DNA from: Malacoraja senta
Lineage: Eukaryota
NCBI GenBank assembly: GCA_038087875.1
Contig: CM075992.1
Location: forward strand, 7,690,001 to 7,754,000
Direction of reading: 5' to 3'
Length of the DNA stretch: 64,000 nucleotides
Below the pieces are notes generated by a model that had not been told where the DNA came from, ran no database searches, and saw only the letters and a program-made list of their open reading frames with translations. A program made the position numbers and the translations under genes. Of the stretch, positions 36,341-48,904 are shown piece by piece. Every line of letters begins with the position of its first letter. The first letter of the stretch is position 1.

Positions 36341-38828
36341 CCTCATCCGCAGTGTCAGGAAAGTTTAGGATTTGCAGATTGGCTGTCTGCACACATTTCA
36401 TCATCAGACCACAAGAATCCCAGCCAGTATCATTTGTGAACAGGGAGAATCCATATCCAATGTCCAACTGATGGAAAGCACAGAATTGAAATTTGTACAT
36501 GGCACCCAAATCAGTATTTAAGAGAGGACTCACTAATACATAATTGGATTTGAGTGCCTCTGGGATGTTTGAATTGTTAGAAAATATCTGAGCTATCTAA
36601 TAGCTTCATTATTGTTAAGTTCCTTCTGCTAATCATATGCCTTATTATTTGCAGCTTCCATGAATTAATTTTCCTACAATGCAATCCTCCGCTCAACACG
36701 TGATCTTCGTACCAGATTGCAGGGAGAAGTGAAAGCTCCTGAGTGTGTGTAGCTCATCACACCACTTCAAAATCCAGAATGACTGAGCAACGCAGAATTA
36801 ATCAGAACTGCCAGGATTATTTCAAGTGGCCGCTGAAACAGAGGTTCAGAAATCTGAGCAGAGTTTGGATTACCTTTCCAGTGCCTCCACATGAGGCTGC
36901 CAACATATATTCTGTCATCACCTGAAAAGACCTACATGCAGAGGAGGTAAAGCAAAGCCACCATCCCCATCAGAGAAACAGACAAAAGCAAGCTATATCA
37001 ACAATTATGGGGAGGAGAAAAGAATGATATTTGCTCAACAATTCTGCTCACCTCTTTCCTGAAAACGACTTAAAATTTCCCCTCAAATTACAGTCCTTTT
37101 AGATCTTTCAGCACTGCATTATTGCCTTCATCTTGTGTCAATGAGTGTTTGGTCAGAAATCATGTTAATGTTGTAGTGGCATTGCAGCATCAACTACTTT
37201 CCAGGCCAAACTACCAAATGCAATAAAAGTGATTTAATAGTGAGGATGAGTTTTTTTCCCCCCATTTATTTTCAACCCTTTTTTGTAATATTTTTTGTAA
37301 CCTTACAGGAGATGGAACCTCCCTCGTGGCCTGCATAGAGATGATGCAAGGGGTCATCATTGTTTGTAGCAGGTGACCTTGAGTGCTCCTGTCTGACAGC
37401 TGGCATATTAGTGAGTAATGATTGAGGGATGACACAGGAGCAAATGCATTGCCATCCCAGTAGCTGCCATCACTTTAGGCTGGAGTTCATCATTTCCACT
37501 GATTAATGGGAGAGATCCGACTGCTGAAGAGGAACGATTCTTGCAAAGCTCTGAGCTGTTCAGTTCATTAATCAGCCAAGGTGGACAACTATCCCTCCAA
37601 ATTCACTCCCAGAGTCTGATGCCAGCTGACTGAGCTTCCACCAAAGCTACAAAGGCTACGTACAGTGACTCTGTAGAATGACCTCAACCACATCTTCTAA
37701 ATGTAGTTGCACTTGCTAAAGTAGGCTGTCAGGTGTATACATCATGTAAGGTGAAAGCACACAAACTGGAAAGTAAACTTCTCACAATCATCAATAATCC
37801 TGAGGCCACTTGGCAGTTTCATGATCACTCTACATATATTTCAGAGGAATACTTTATTTCATGGCTTGACCTCTTAAGTCCGAAACCCAGCAGAGCCGAG
37901 AGGAGTCCACTCTTCTGAGTTGGCTCCATCAACAGAACCAGTTATACATTGGTGCCATGCGCTTCCACCGGATATGTAGACCCTTCTAATACATTATCTA
38001 ACACCACAGAATACCAAGATATGTACTGGTGCTTAGGATGCATGGAATCTGACTGTGCATCTTCAGGAGAATTTCCTCCACCGAGGGATCTTCTGCAGGA
38101 AACTACAGCTTCTGACCAGGACCTAAAGGAAAGAGAAAAAGGTCAAGAATGTTGATGACACTGAAATTTGCAGGTGTTAATCTTCAAAATTGATTTTGTG
38201 AAATGTTGAATATTTGCTGACATGAATGAACAGGTACAATTATCATGCAGGCAGGCTGCTCATGTAATCTGCCTGCCTTGATGTTTAAAGCCTTACCTCA
38301 GTCAGTGATCTCCAAAGTTTCCTGCTCCACATAAACGGGACTTATGATCATTAGATGCTCCTCCTGGTTCTCGGATTCTTCCTTGGAATTATGTGCTGCA
38401 GAGAGAATAGGTGTCAGCTGGCGAGTCACTGTTGAAAAGGTAAGCGGAGGTGTTCAGGGCTTATGGTCAAGAACTGGAGAAGGTAGGTTGAGAACTGAGT
38501 GAGATGAGTGAAAAGCGTAAGTATGTAGAATGTGAACAATCGTGGGTGGATGCATGGTTGAGTAATGTTTGAATGCAAGGAGAGAATGACACCATGCCGA
38601 GAGCAATGAATGGAGAATGCTAGAAAATTGGAGTAGGAGGAGAAAAGAATATTGGCTGATAACGTTAAGAGAAATGAAGAGGTGTGCACACACTTGTACC
38701 CCTTGTGAGATCTCAATGTTTTATTCCTATACAGGTACCAGTTGCTGTGGTGATGCTGTTAACTCTGACCCTTTACAGCAATTGCTGCCACTGTGTACGT
38801 TGGTACTTCAAGAGCTGAGCAACGGTAA

Positions 38829-39414
38829 AGGGCCTGTCCCACGAGCATGCGACTGCATGCGGCTAGCGCGACCTAACGTGGTCGCGCTAGCCGTGCGGCC
38901 TCGCGGGGCCAGTCCCACTTCGATTGCCGGAGCCGCATGGAGTTGTGCAGAACTGGTCCCGACATCGCGCGGGTGTCCGAAAAACTGACAGTGTTCAAAA
39001 ATTCCACACGACAAAGGCCTGCCGGCCTGCTGCTGCATGGAGGCCGCAAGCACCGCCACGACGCCGCACGCACCGCCTCGATGCCGTACGCAGCATCTTG
39101 ACGGCGAACGCAGCGTCTTGATCCGTACGCAGCGTCTTGACGGCGTACGCCTAGCGCGTGGCGTTGCGCGATGACATTACCGCCCGGCATGCCGTTGCGT
39201 GATGACGTAGCCGCCCGACGCCGTGCGACGTCCAAATTCAGTCGGCCCGCCTCCTGCCCAGCTGATTGGTTAGTTTGATGCCGGGACCAGCTCCGCACAA
39301 CTCCAGACGGCTCAGCGGTTGGAAGTGGGACCGGCCCCGCGAGGCCGTACGGCTCAAGCCACCACATTTGGTCGCGCTAGACGCATGCAGTCGCATGCTG
39401 GTGGGACAGGCCCT
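38829..39414. mobile_element. PIF/Harbinger-type MITE with long TIRs
   Basis: TAA|AGGGCCTGTCCCAC...GTGGGACAGGCCCT|CAA; imperfect TIRs of about 135 bp; CpG-rich; internal CGCAGCGTCTTGA repeats. Confidence 0.88.
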
Positions 39415-39888
39415 CAAAAGTCCTTTCACTTGCCACCATAGATTTCAGGGAGACATGAAAACCTAGCTCAATTCTGTGACATTATGAAGCTATGTCATTC
39501 CATAACAATGGAAAGAAATTTGGCATCAGGGAATAAAATCATTTTGGGAAGTTCATTCCATTTTAAATGAAAGCAGGTACCTGTTTCCCAACACAATCAT
39601 CTGAACAGTTCACCAATCATATTAAAATTGCTTTAACATCACCGGGCTCTCAGACCCATTTTTTTTAGCTTGCATATAGGATGAAGATCGTGGAAGAAAA
39701 ATGTTTTAAGGAGATTTGGAGCAATATGCTGGATTTTGCTTCTGATTTTTAAATACCACTTTATTTCTTTGCTAGTTAAAGATTGTATGATATGGATTTG
39801 TTGCCCCAACCAATAAATTTGTGCTGTGCCAAAGAGGACTCTCTCTTACACTGGATGCATAGGCGTAAATAACTTGGTTTAGATTTTC

Positions 39889-40065
39889 GTTTAAGAAGGA
39901 ACTGCAGATGCTGGAACAATCGAAGGTAGACAAAAATGCTGGAAAAACTCAGCATCTATGGAGCGAAGGAATGGGTGACGTTTCGGGTCAAGACCCTTCT
40001 TCAGACCCTTCTTCAACCCAAAACGTCATCCATTCCTTCGCTCCACAGATGCTGCCTCACCAGTT
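39889..40065. mobile_element. Penelope pLTR-derived palindromic insertion
   Basis: Head-to-head pLTR halves; 12-bp TSD GTTTAGATTTTC (39877-39888 and 40066-40077). Confidence 0.82.
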
Positions 40066-43000
40066 GTTTAGATTTTCAGTACTTTTTATTTAAAATTGGA
40101 CTTATCATTTTCTAGCTATCTATATAATGGTCCTGACTATAAGGAGTACAAAGAGGAATTTTGCAACCTACATTGATAAAGTTTATGTTTGTCAAAGAAC
40201 GGTAAGTTAATACTTACTGAATAGAAGCAAATGGTTCTTGTATATCTTGTATACATTAAAATCAAGGTAGTCTGCATAAAAATGCATTTTAAGCAAAACT
40301 GCTCGTATCAGACATAAACCACAGACTAGATAATCATTTTTGTTCTACACCGCAATTCAAAAATTGTCAGTAATGTAAAGAAAGTGAACAAGGCGGTGCT
40401 GGCTCGAAGGGCCGGATGGCCTCCTCCTGCATCTATTTTCTATATTTTCTAAGGCTCACCAATAATAATCTTCAGAAGAGGGTCAAGAACAGTTTTCACA
40501 GGCCTCTTGATGATGTAAATATGTAAACTGGTTTTTGTTAGGCCAAATTTTATCATCCTATCTTTGCTACTACCATTTTGACACATATATATTGCATATT
40601 TTATCTTTCATCATAATTTATTAAAAAATACTTTTACTAGATAATACCATAGATTATTCCCCATTGTTTTCCTGCCTTGATCATGCACTGCACAATTACA
40701 GAAAGGTAGTCTACATTGAACTGGCCACTCTTTTCCCCTTCAATATCTTGCTACTCTAAACAAAGCATCATTAACAATTTGCAGCCAGAATCACAAAGAG
40801 CCAATGTAATTTTAAAATGTGATACCCTTGCAAAGTTGACTAAGGAATTCATATTATAGTATTTCAAATAACTATTCATAGAAAGGAAGATCATATTGCT
40901 TCATCTAATTTCCTTCCATGAATTATATATAAAAAGCCCTGGTAATTGGGTCAACTGGGACTTTATTTCAAGTTTACTCATAAGAAAATGCATAATAATG
41001 TCTAAAAGAAAGATATTTAACACTCCAAAGCATAGACTTGATATGGCATTTATGTTTTGCTTAGGATGTGCCTGATAAATATTTTGGGAACATTCCTAAA
41101 TCAGAATTGTAATTTGAAGGAAAAGTCTATAATTTTATTGTAAATATTTTTCACAGAAATGATATTCATTCATGACCAAATTTAAATAATTTAATTAATT
41201 ATTGGGCCTCCCAAAGTTAAGGAGAAGTTTGTTACAAATCACCACTGCTGTTGTTTGTGACATTATAACAGAAAAAAATTATTTCATGAGATTTCCATCT
41301 ACACTTCTTGCAATAAATGAACAACTTTTGATCTGAAGCACATCAATGTTGACGGCGCAGGATAAAAACATATACAGCACTTCACTCACCCCTGTCGCAC
41401 ATCTCTAGGACAAAGTTGTGGGCACCTAGCTCGTTCCCAACATGCATCCACTTGTGAATTTGACCAGGGGATATTCCGGGGAATGACAAACCTTTCTGAA
41501 ACCTTGCAGTGTCGCATGCTTTAAGCACTACCTCCGCAGGTTAACAACCACATTACAGTGAACCAGGGACTCATTTACCACAGAAACAAGAATTTCAGCT
41601 CAAATTTAAGGCATGCATTTTATTTAGTTTAGATTTGCCTGGTAACATACAATGTTGTGACTTAATAATATTACAAGATGATGCTGCAAACTAGAATAAT
41701 AATGTCACAATATGACAGCCTGCTCTATGTTAATCTGCACTGGTAGAGAACACCATGATTTAAATGATTAAATAATGTAAAATTAAAACACAATTGTATT
41801 GGAGGGCTAGCACTTAGCACTTCAATTGTATTGGAGGGCTAACACTTAAACGATCAATTTAATCCATTGACTAGTATTTTTGAAACCACAGATTTTTCCT
41901 TTAAATTAGGTCATTCAAAGTGAGGCTAGTTTAAATACAGTGCAAGCCTGCTAATGTGAATGCTCATGTAAAGAGAATATTTCTTCATATATTAATTCAC
42001 TCTCCACATATTCAACAGTATTTGTTTAACAGAACAATTGGATCAAAAGAATGGTATGCTAATCAAAGAGTTATTTCTGTCAAGAGGCTTGTATTGTACC
42101 ATTTTTAGCAAAAATGCATTATCAGGTTTATTTTCTTGTCATGACAACACCAGTACAATAGATAAATCTAAAATGGTCAATATTTTGCCAAAAGCCCACC
42201 CAAATATGAAAAAAATAATGCAATGTTGCAAAAAAGTTTTTGTTTTTGGCCAAACCCATACCTGCCAGCCTCTCAAATTTATAGAGAATTTCATGAGCAG
42301 GGTGGGAGAAAAAAGACTGTAGAACAGTTTTAGTGTGATATGGAAAAATAAACAGGAAATATAAAAATATCCCATTTAGGAATCAAATTACAGAACCTTC
42401 ATTGATCGCTTTAAGTGATGGCGTTTCTAACATACTGAATTTGCTACATGATGGATAAAGGAGATGAGATGTAATCGTTGCATATGTCGGTACCTCAAGT
42501 CACTGCCATTTTACACCTTTAATATATAACTATTGTCGCGCTGGCGGTACTTCAATAAAGACTTGATCCAGCAAATCCATGCAGTTTAGTGCTAGTTACA
42601 GCAGAGCAGACTGGATCACCACTGGTTTGATACTGGCACTGGAAGGTATGTAGCAATATATGGCACATAATAATACCAGGCCGTAATTAGCAACTTACAT
42701 GAACATATTTTTACCTTCACTGAAAGTGTAAGACCTTGTTATTTGAATTATGAATATATTTGTATACACAACAGGAGCAACTGATTTGATTGTGACAATT
42801 TAATTGATGTAAAACATTTAAAAAAGTAAAGATTTGGTTAGAAGAGGTAGTCACCAATCTCAGTGGCAGTGTGGTGATGTTTAAACATATGATTACACTT
42901 CATTTACGCTGGGACTCAACACCAGCATTTGATAGTATCACACCAGCTTTGATTTGTGAGAGCAAATTCATTAATTTAAAAAAACCTTAAGTGTTTGGAA

Positions 43001-43169
43001 CGTCTCTCTCTCTCTGCACCGGGCTACAGCAGAAGACACAATGTTAGTATAACTGCAGTGTGAAAGAGAGCAGCCTGCCACCATAAGTTTAATGACGTAC
43101 AATATTGTAATATCTTATAATCCCTGGCAAATAGTTCAAACATATGTACTGATATATAAGCACACTTTA

Positions 43170-43496
<327 letters not shown>

Positions 43497-43884
43497 TTAA
43501 CTTTTTTAAACTGCATTAAACCAATCTAAACGTTTTCTGCTATTTGCTTTCCTCAATTTGCAAAGAATCCATGTTATGTTTTGTCAAATTTCCAGGCAAG
43601 TGGAGACTATTCCATTAGTATCCTGACATGCCCTGCCAATATCAGAGACTTTGGGTTATTCGAAAGCAGATTAGTTGCATGAACCTCTGGCCTTCATTGT
43701 CACTTGCGGGTGGAGCACCAAGGCAAATTCCTTGTATTTGAATACTTGGCTAATAAATTGATTCATTCATTCATTCATTCATTCTTTTGACAACCTTTTC
43801 AACTCCAAGATGAATAATGTCAGTTTCTCAAGTCTGTCCACATAATTAATTCTCTCATGCCAGGGAGGACTGGCATGCCATGCC

Positions 43885-44017
43885 AGTCTGAAGAAGGGTC
43901 TCGACCCGAAACATCACCAGTTCCTTCTCTCCATAGATGCTGCCTCACCTGCTGAGCTTCTCCAGCATTTTGTGTCTACCTATATATTTTACCAGCATCT
44001 GCAGTTCTTACTTAAAC
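43885..44017 (+). mobile_element. Penelope pLTR-derived short insertion
   Basis: CTGAAGAAGGGTCTCGACCCGAAACATC...GCATCTGCAGTTC; CATGCCAGT on both sides. Confidence 0.78.
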
Positions 44018-44199
44018 ATGCCAGTAAATTTTCTTGTAAATGAGTGAACTGAGAATTGGGCACACTAATCCAATGAGTGATGGAAGCAAATCGACTCGAG
44101 AGTTCAACACAACATATGCTAGTGAATTCAATGTCTTTTTCTGTGGAAGAAAATTATGAAAACTAAATAGGAATAAAATGCTATTGAGTAAATACATTC

Positions 44200-45180
44200 T
44201 AGTTCTGTCAATAAAGCTGACGTCAGAAAATGCTTCAATAGGGTGAATCTTCGGAAAGTCTCCGGCTCCAATGGTGGACCTGGCCGCATTCTTAAAACCT
44301 GCGTGGCAGCAGACTTTGCGGACTTCAACTCCTCATTACTAAGGTCCAAGTTTCCCCACCTACTTAAAAAGGTTATCAACAATACCAGTGCCCAAGAAGA
44401 GTAAGGTGACATGCTGTAAGTAACATCTCTGGTGATGAAGTGCTTGGATTGGTTGGTTATGATGCATGTCAACTCCTACCTTAGCAAGGATTTGGACCCA
44501 CTAAAATTTGCATACTGCAGAAATAGATCAACGGAGGATGAGATCTTGCTGGCTCTCCACTTTGTACTGGACCACTTGGACAGTAAGAACATGTACACCA
44601 GGCAGTTGTTCATTAACTACAGTTCGGCATTCAACACTATCATCTCCTCCAAACTTGTGGTCTAACTCCAGGAACAGGTTCTCTGCTCATCCTTGTGCAA
44701 CTGTATTATTTCAATAAAACTTAAACCAGTGTGTTATATGGAGCATGGGGAACTGAGGCCCCAGTGTGTTAAATAGAGCATGGGAACCAGGGAGCTAATG
44801 TGTTAAATGGAGCATGGGAACTGCAGCCCAGGTATGTTAAATGGAGCATGGAAACTGGTGTCCTGGTGTGTTAAATGGAGCATGGGAACCAGGGTCTCAA
44901 AAAGGCAGTCATCAAGCATCACCAACCTGGCCACACTCTCATTTCACTCTTGCCATTGGGAAGGAGGTATACGATTCTAAAAACCGTGATCTCCAGGTAC
45001 AGGAACAACCATCATGCTATTGAACACTTCAAACACCAACTAAACTTCGAACTATGAACTGTCTCGGTTGCACGAGAGACTTTGGGCTTTTCTTTTGTTT
45101 TTTTAGTTATTGAACATATTTATTTATAACATTTATTGGGTACTGTTTACAAACCCGTTGTGCTGCTGCAAGTAAGAAAA
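44200..45180 (+). mobile_element. Rex1/Babar LINE relic with a minisatellite in place of its central RT region
   Basis: LDPLKFAYCRNRSTEDEILLALH...LFINYSSAFNTI (ORF 44432..44665) and HQPGHTLISLLPLGRRY C-terminus (ORF 44875..45057). Confidence 0.85.
44725..44895. repeat. Minisatellite, about 34-bp unit, 5 copies
   Basis: Core TGTGTTAAATGGAGCATGGGAAC. Confidence 0.9.
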
Positions 45181-46344
45181 ACCATGATCCTAGTACTGCT
45201 CACTGGGAAACTCCAAAGTACTTGGTGTTTCCTATCATTTAGCCATATTTCTATCTCAGCTGCTACCGTTCCTTTTATTCACCAGGATACAACCCAATGA
45301 CAAGCCAATGTTATGGGACACTTAGTCCAAGCCATTTTAAAGTCCCCACACAGATGACATCAACTGTGCATTTCTCATCAGCCCTGTTACCTATCTTCAC
45401 CTCATCTAGTTGCATACCAGAGAAATAGGCCCTTTGCCCCACCACATCCAAGCTGCCCATTTAAACTATTTACACCATCCCTTTTCACACAATATTGACG
45501 ACGTCAACAACAGGATAATAAAAGCCAACCGAAATGTGTAGGAAGGAACTGCAGATGCTGGATGCAGCATTTCCTCACCTGAATGGAAGGAACTTTTGAG
45601 CATACTCTGTTTTTATTTTAGATTTCTAATTGAAAAGGTGGTGTTTGAGGTATTGCCAGTATATGGGCAGCTGAGAACAAGTCCTGCCCACATAACTGAT
45701 GTAAAAAATAGACAGATAGCCAAGCCAAACCCCAGACTCAGACTTAGCCTTCAAATATGTTGTATCTCTCTAAATATTCCTAACATACAGAAACATACAA
45801 AAGATCTTCATAATTTACAAAATGAAAAAGATTAAGGCATAAAAACAGTTCATGATATATCAAGATGGTCAAGAAGATTCAGATTGAAGAGTGCTTAAAC
45901 AAAATTGGCACGGTAATAGGCACCAGCATAGTTCTACCCCAGTTGACCTACAAAATGCAACATCACGCATTTATCTGAAATAAACTCCATCTATCATTCC
46001 TTGGCCTATTGGCCCAGTTGATCAATATCCCACTGTAGTCTTAAATAAACGTATTCACTGTCCAATATACCACCAATTTTAGTGTCACACTCAATCATAC
46101 TAACCATGCCAACTACATCCAAATCGTTTATACACATAATGAACAGTAGTCACAGCAATGATGCCTGTGTCACATCACTTGTTAAAGTCCTCCAGTCTGA
46201 AAAACAACCATCTACCCCCACCTCCTGCTTCCTACCTTCAAGTTAATTTTGTATGCAATTGGCTAGCTTGCCCTGGATCCCCATGTGATCGAACCTTTCA
46301 GAATAACTGACCACGTGGCACCTTGCCAAAGGCCTTGCTGAAGT

Positions 46345-46736
46345 CCTGAAGGTGGTTTCCGAGCCGAAACATCACCTATTCCTTCTCTCCAGAGATGATG
46401 CCTGACCCGCTGAGTTACTCCAGCATTTTGTGTCTATCCATGGTGACAAAGCCTACTTCACTGCCCTCATCATTCTTCTTGGTCTCCTCTTCAAGCTTGG
46501 GCAGTCTGCACCCCAGTGGCTTGAACATTGACTTCTCCAATTTCCAGTAGCCCTTGCTGTCTCCTCCCCTTCTCAGCTCTCCCTCAGCCCTCTGGCTCCT
46601 CCTCGTCCTTTCTTCTTCTCGCCCCCCCCCCCCCCCCCCACCCGGCATCAGTCTGAAGAGGGGTTTTGGCCCAAAACGTTGCCTATTTCCTCCATGCTGC
46701 CGCACCCGCTGAGTTTCTCCAGCACTTTTGTCTATC
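46345..46736 (+). mobile_element. Two tandem Penelope 3'/pLTR fragments
   Basis: LGSLHPSGLNIDFSNFQ*, then CTGAAGAGGGGTTTTGGCCCAAAACGTT; an upstream pLTR copy starts CTGAAGGTGGTTTCCGAGCCGAAACATC. Confidence 0.8.
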
Positions 46737-47089
46737 CCCAATTAGTCTTTGTCTTTCTGAATGCATATATAACCTGTCTCATGGAATCCCCTCCAATAAC
46801 TTACCCACCACTAATGTTAGGCTCACTGCCTTAGTGCCCACACTTTTCCTTACAGCCTTTTTAAAACACACGCAGCATTAGCAATTTCTAATCTAACTCC
46901 ACAATTTCTGGGATTGCATGTTGTCCTTTATTGCAAGAGGAAACATTTTCTCCAAAATTCCCTTTAAAAAGGTTTTGCAGGACAGCGAGAGACCTTTTTA
47001 TCAACTGCTCAAAATCTCCATTCCTCTATTCACACATATTCAGGGAACCTGTACTAGAGTTTTGTCTCGTTGTGCCTATAATATTATAT

Positions 47090-47625
47090 TCCTTGTAAAC
47101 TGCAATGAAGTGGTGAGACTGTCAGCCAGGACAGTTACTAGAAGAGTACAAGACTTGGCTGATGGCCCGTGGACACAATTACTATGCCATGTCCAAAATT
47201 TTGATGCTTTTTCTGTTGATTTAGATGAGAGTAATGACAGAATTGACACAGCTCAGTTGCCTGTATTCGTTCATCGTAAGATGAATCATTCAACACTATC
47301 AAGGAACTGGCAAGATGAAAGACGCTGTGTGGGGCAGATATATTTATGAAGGTCTGCAAAACACTGTAGTGTCTGAATTTAACCTGGGAAAATGTTTGTG
47401 TGTTATTAGTGAGGTATCAACGAATATGATGGATTGATAGGTGGAATGAATAGCCACAGGGAATCAATGGGCACAGCAAAATGAATCAGATTGCACTGCA
47501 TTCTTTTCTCAGCAACTGCATTGTGAAAAGACACTAGTCATCGATGAGGTTCTTGAAAGTCATAGTTAACTGTAAATTTCATCCATTCTCACCGACAATT
47601 CCAAAGCTGCTTGGAAGAAATTGTT
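47090..47625 (+). pseudogene. Degraded hAT (Charlie/SPIN/GTF2IRD2-like) transposase fragment
   Basis: LSARTVTRRV...FSVDLDESNDRIDTAQLPVFV matches the recalled DESTD...AQL motif; a downstream LHCIL remnant is present. Confidence 0.78.
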
Positions 47626-47671
47626 GCACCGAACAGTTATGGGCAACTTGACAAAACCTTGGTTAGGCCAT

Positions 47672-47956
47672 CATCATCATCATCATCATCATCGTTGAAA
47701 ACATTAACGGGCCTTACAATGCTATGTAAGACAGTGATCGCAACTTCTACTGAAGTGTGGATGGCCGTTGGCTCGCTAGGAGCTCATCCGCCCTTTGACA
47801 TGCCTTGGTTTTGGTCCTGCTGGGGGTCCACAGCCCCCCCCCCCCCCTCCCCTCACCTGGCAAACCAGGTGGGGGAGACGGTTTAGTCGCTGACTATCCG
47901 ACCATGGAGCAGGTAGCATGGGATTACATGGTAGGGAACTCCCCCCGACCTGACCA
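47672..47956 (-). mobile_element. RTE-type SINE/non-autonomous retroposon with (GAT)n tail, inserted in a CR1 relic
   Basis: (CAT)n run at the left end; 9-bp TSD TTAGGCCAT (47663-47671 and 47957-47965); flanks rejoin as a CR1 KTLVRP...LEKVQRRFTRM relic. RTE assignment is recalled similarity. Confidence 0.7.
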
Positions 47957-48904
47957 TTAGGCCATGGCTGAAGTATTGTGTGCAGTTCTGGTTGTCACTT
48001 AAGGAAGGACATGATTGCACTGGAAAAAGTGCAGAGGAGATTTACCCGGATGGGGAATATTTCAGCTAGGAGAGACCAGATACGCTTGGTTTGTTTTTTG
48101 TTTGGAGGAACATTGATCAGGTGGACAGTGAGAACGTTTTCCCCACAACAGATATCTAAAACCAGGGGGCACATGTGAAGAATAAGATGGTGAGAGGGGA
48201 CCTGAGTAAAATCTTTTCCCCCCAGAGTAAGTTGCAATGTGGAGTGCACTCTGTGAGGTGAAGGATGCAGGTGCACCTAAAACAGCAAGAATTTGGAAGA
48301 GCACTTGAATCGCCAAGCCTGAGAAGGTTACAGGCCACGTTCTTGTGATGGGATTTGCATAAAAGGATTCTTGGTAGGAATGGATATGCTGGGCTAAATG
48401 GCCTGTTTTGTGCTCTTTGATCTATGACTCTGCGAGACATGTCAGGAGTGTGAGCGGAGCACTCCACTTGCCTTGATGAACACTGCTTCAAACAAACACT
48501 CAAAGACTGAAACTATACAGTGAGCGTGATTGGCACTCGATCCACTAGCTAACATGTTTACTCCCTCTATGGTGTGTACTATCTACAGGATACAGCGAAA
48601 CAACTTAGTAAAGCATCCTCAGGACCACACACCTAATTAATTATTGGTCCATTGGATGGATCAGGTCACTAACCTTATTTTAACACCATACTCTTAAGTG
48701 AGTCTGAAGGGTCTCGACCCAAAACATCACCTATTCCTTTTCTCCAGAGATGCTGCCAGAACCACTGAGTTACACCAGCACTTTGTGTCTATCTTAAAGT
48801 GACACACCTGCCTGATTTGGAAATATATCACCATTCCTTCACGACTGCTGAGTGAAAAGCCTAAAACACACTGTTTCACAATGTTATGGTGGAACCGTTA
48901 CCAT

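Noticed and set aside
37307..37330. Possible 24-nt in-frame microexon (ATREVPSP) with AG and GTAAGG on the minus strand
   Set aside because: It would split the homeodomain just before helix 3; chance splice-like motifs are common and there is no other support.
38808..39466. Several overlapping GC-rich ORFs
   Set aside because: They lie within a palindromic MITE, and high GC explains the open frames.
41791..41849. 32-bp tandem duplication
   Set aside because: Ordinary slippage duplication with no further structure.
47880..47956. Possible HDV-like ribozyme at the 5' end of the RTE-type SINE (minus strand)
   Set aside because: Partial P1- and P2-like pairings exist, but I could not place P4 or a J4/2 catalytic segment in this copy.
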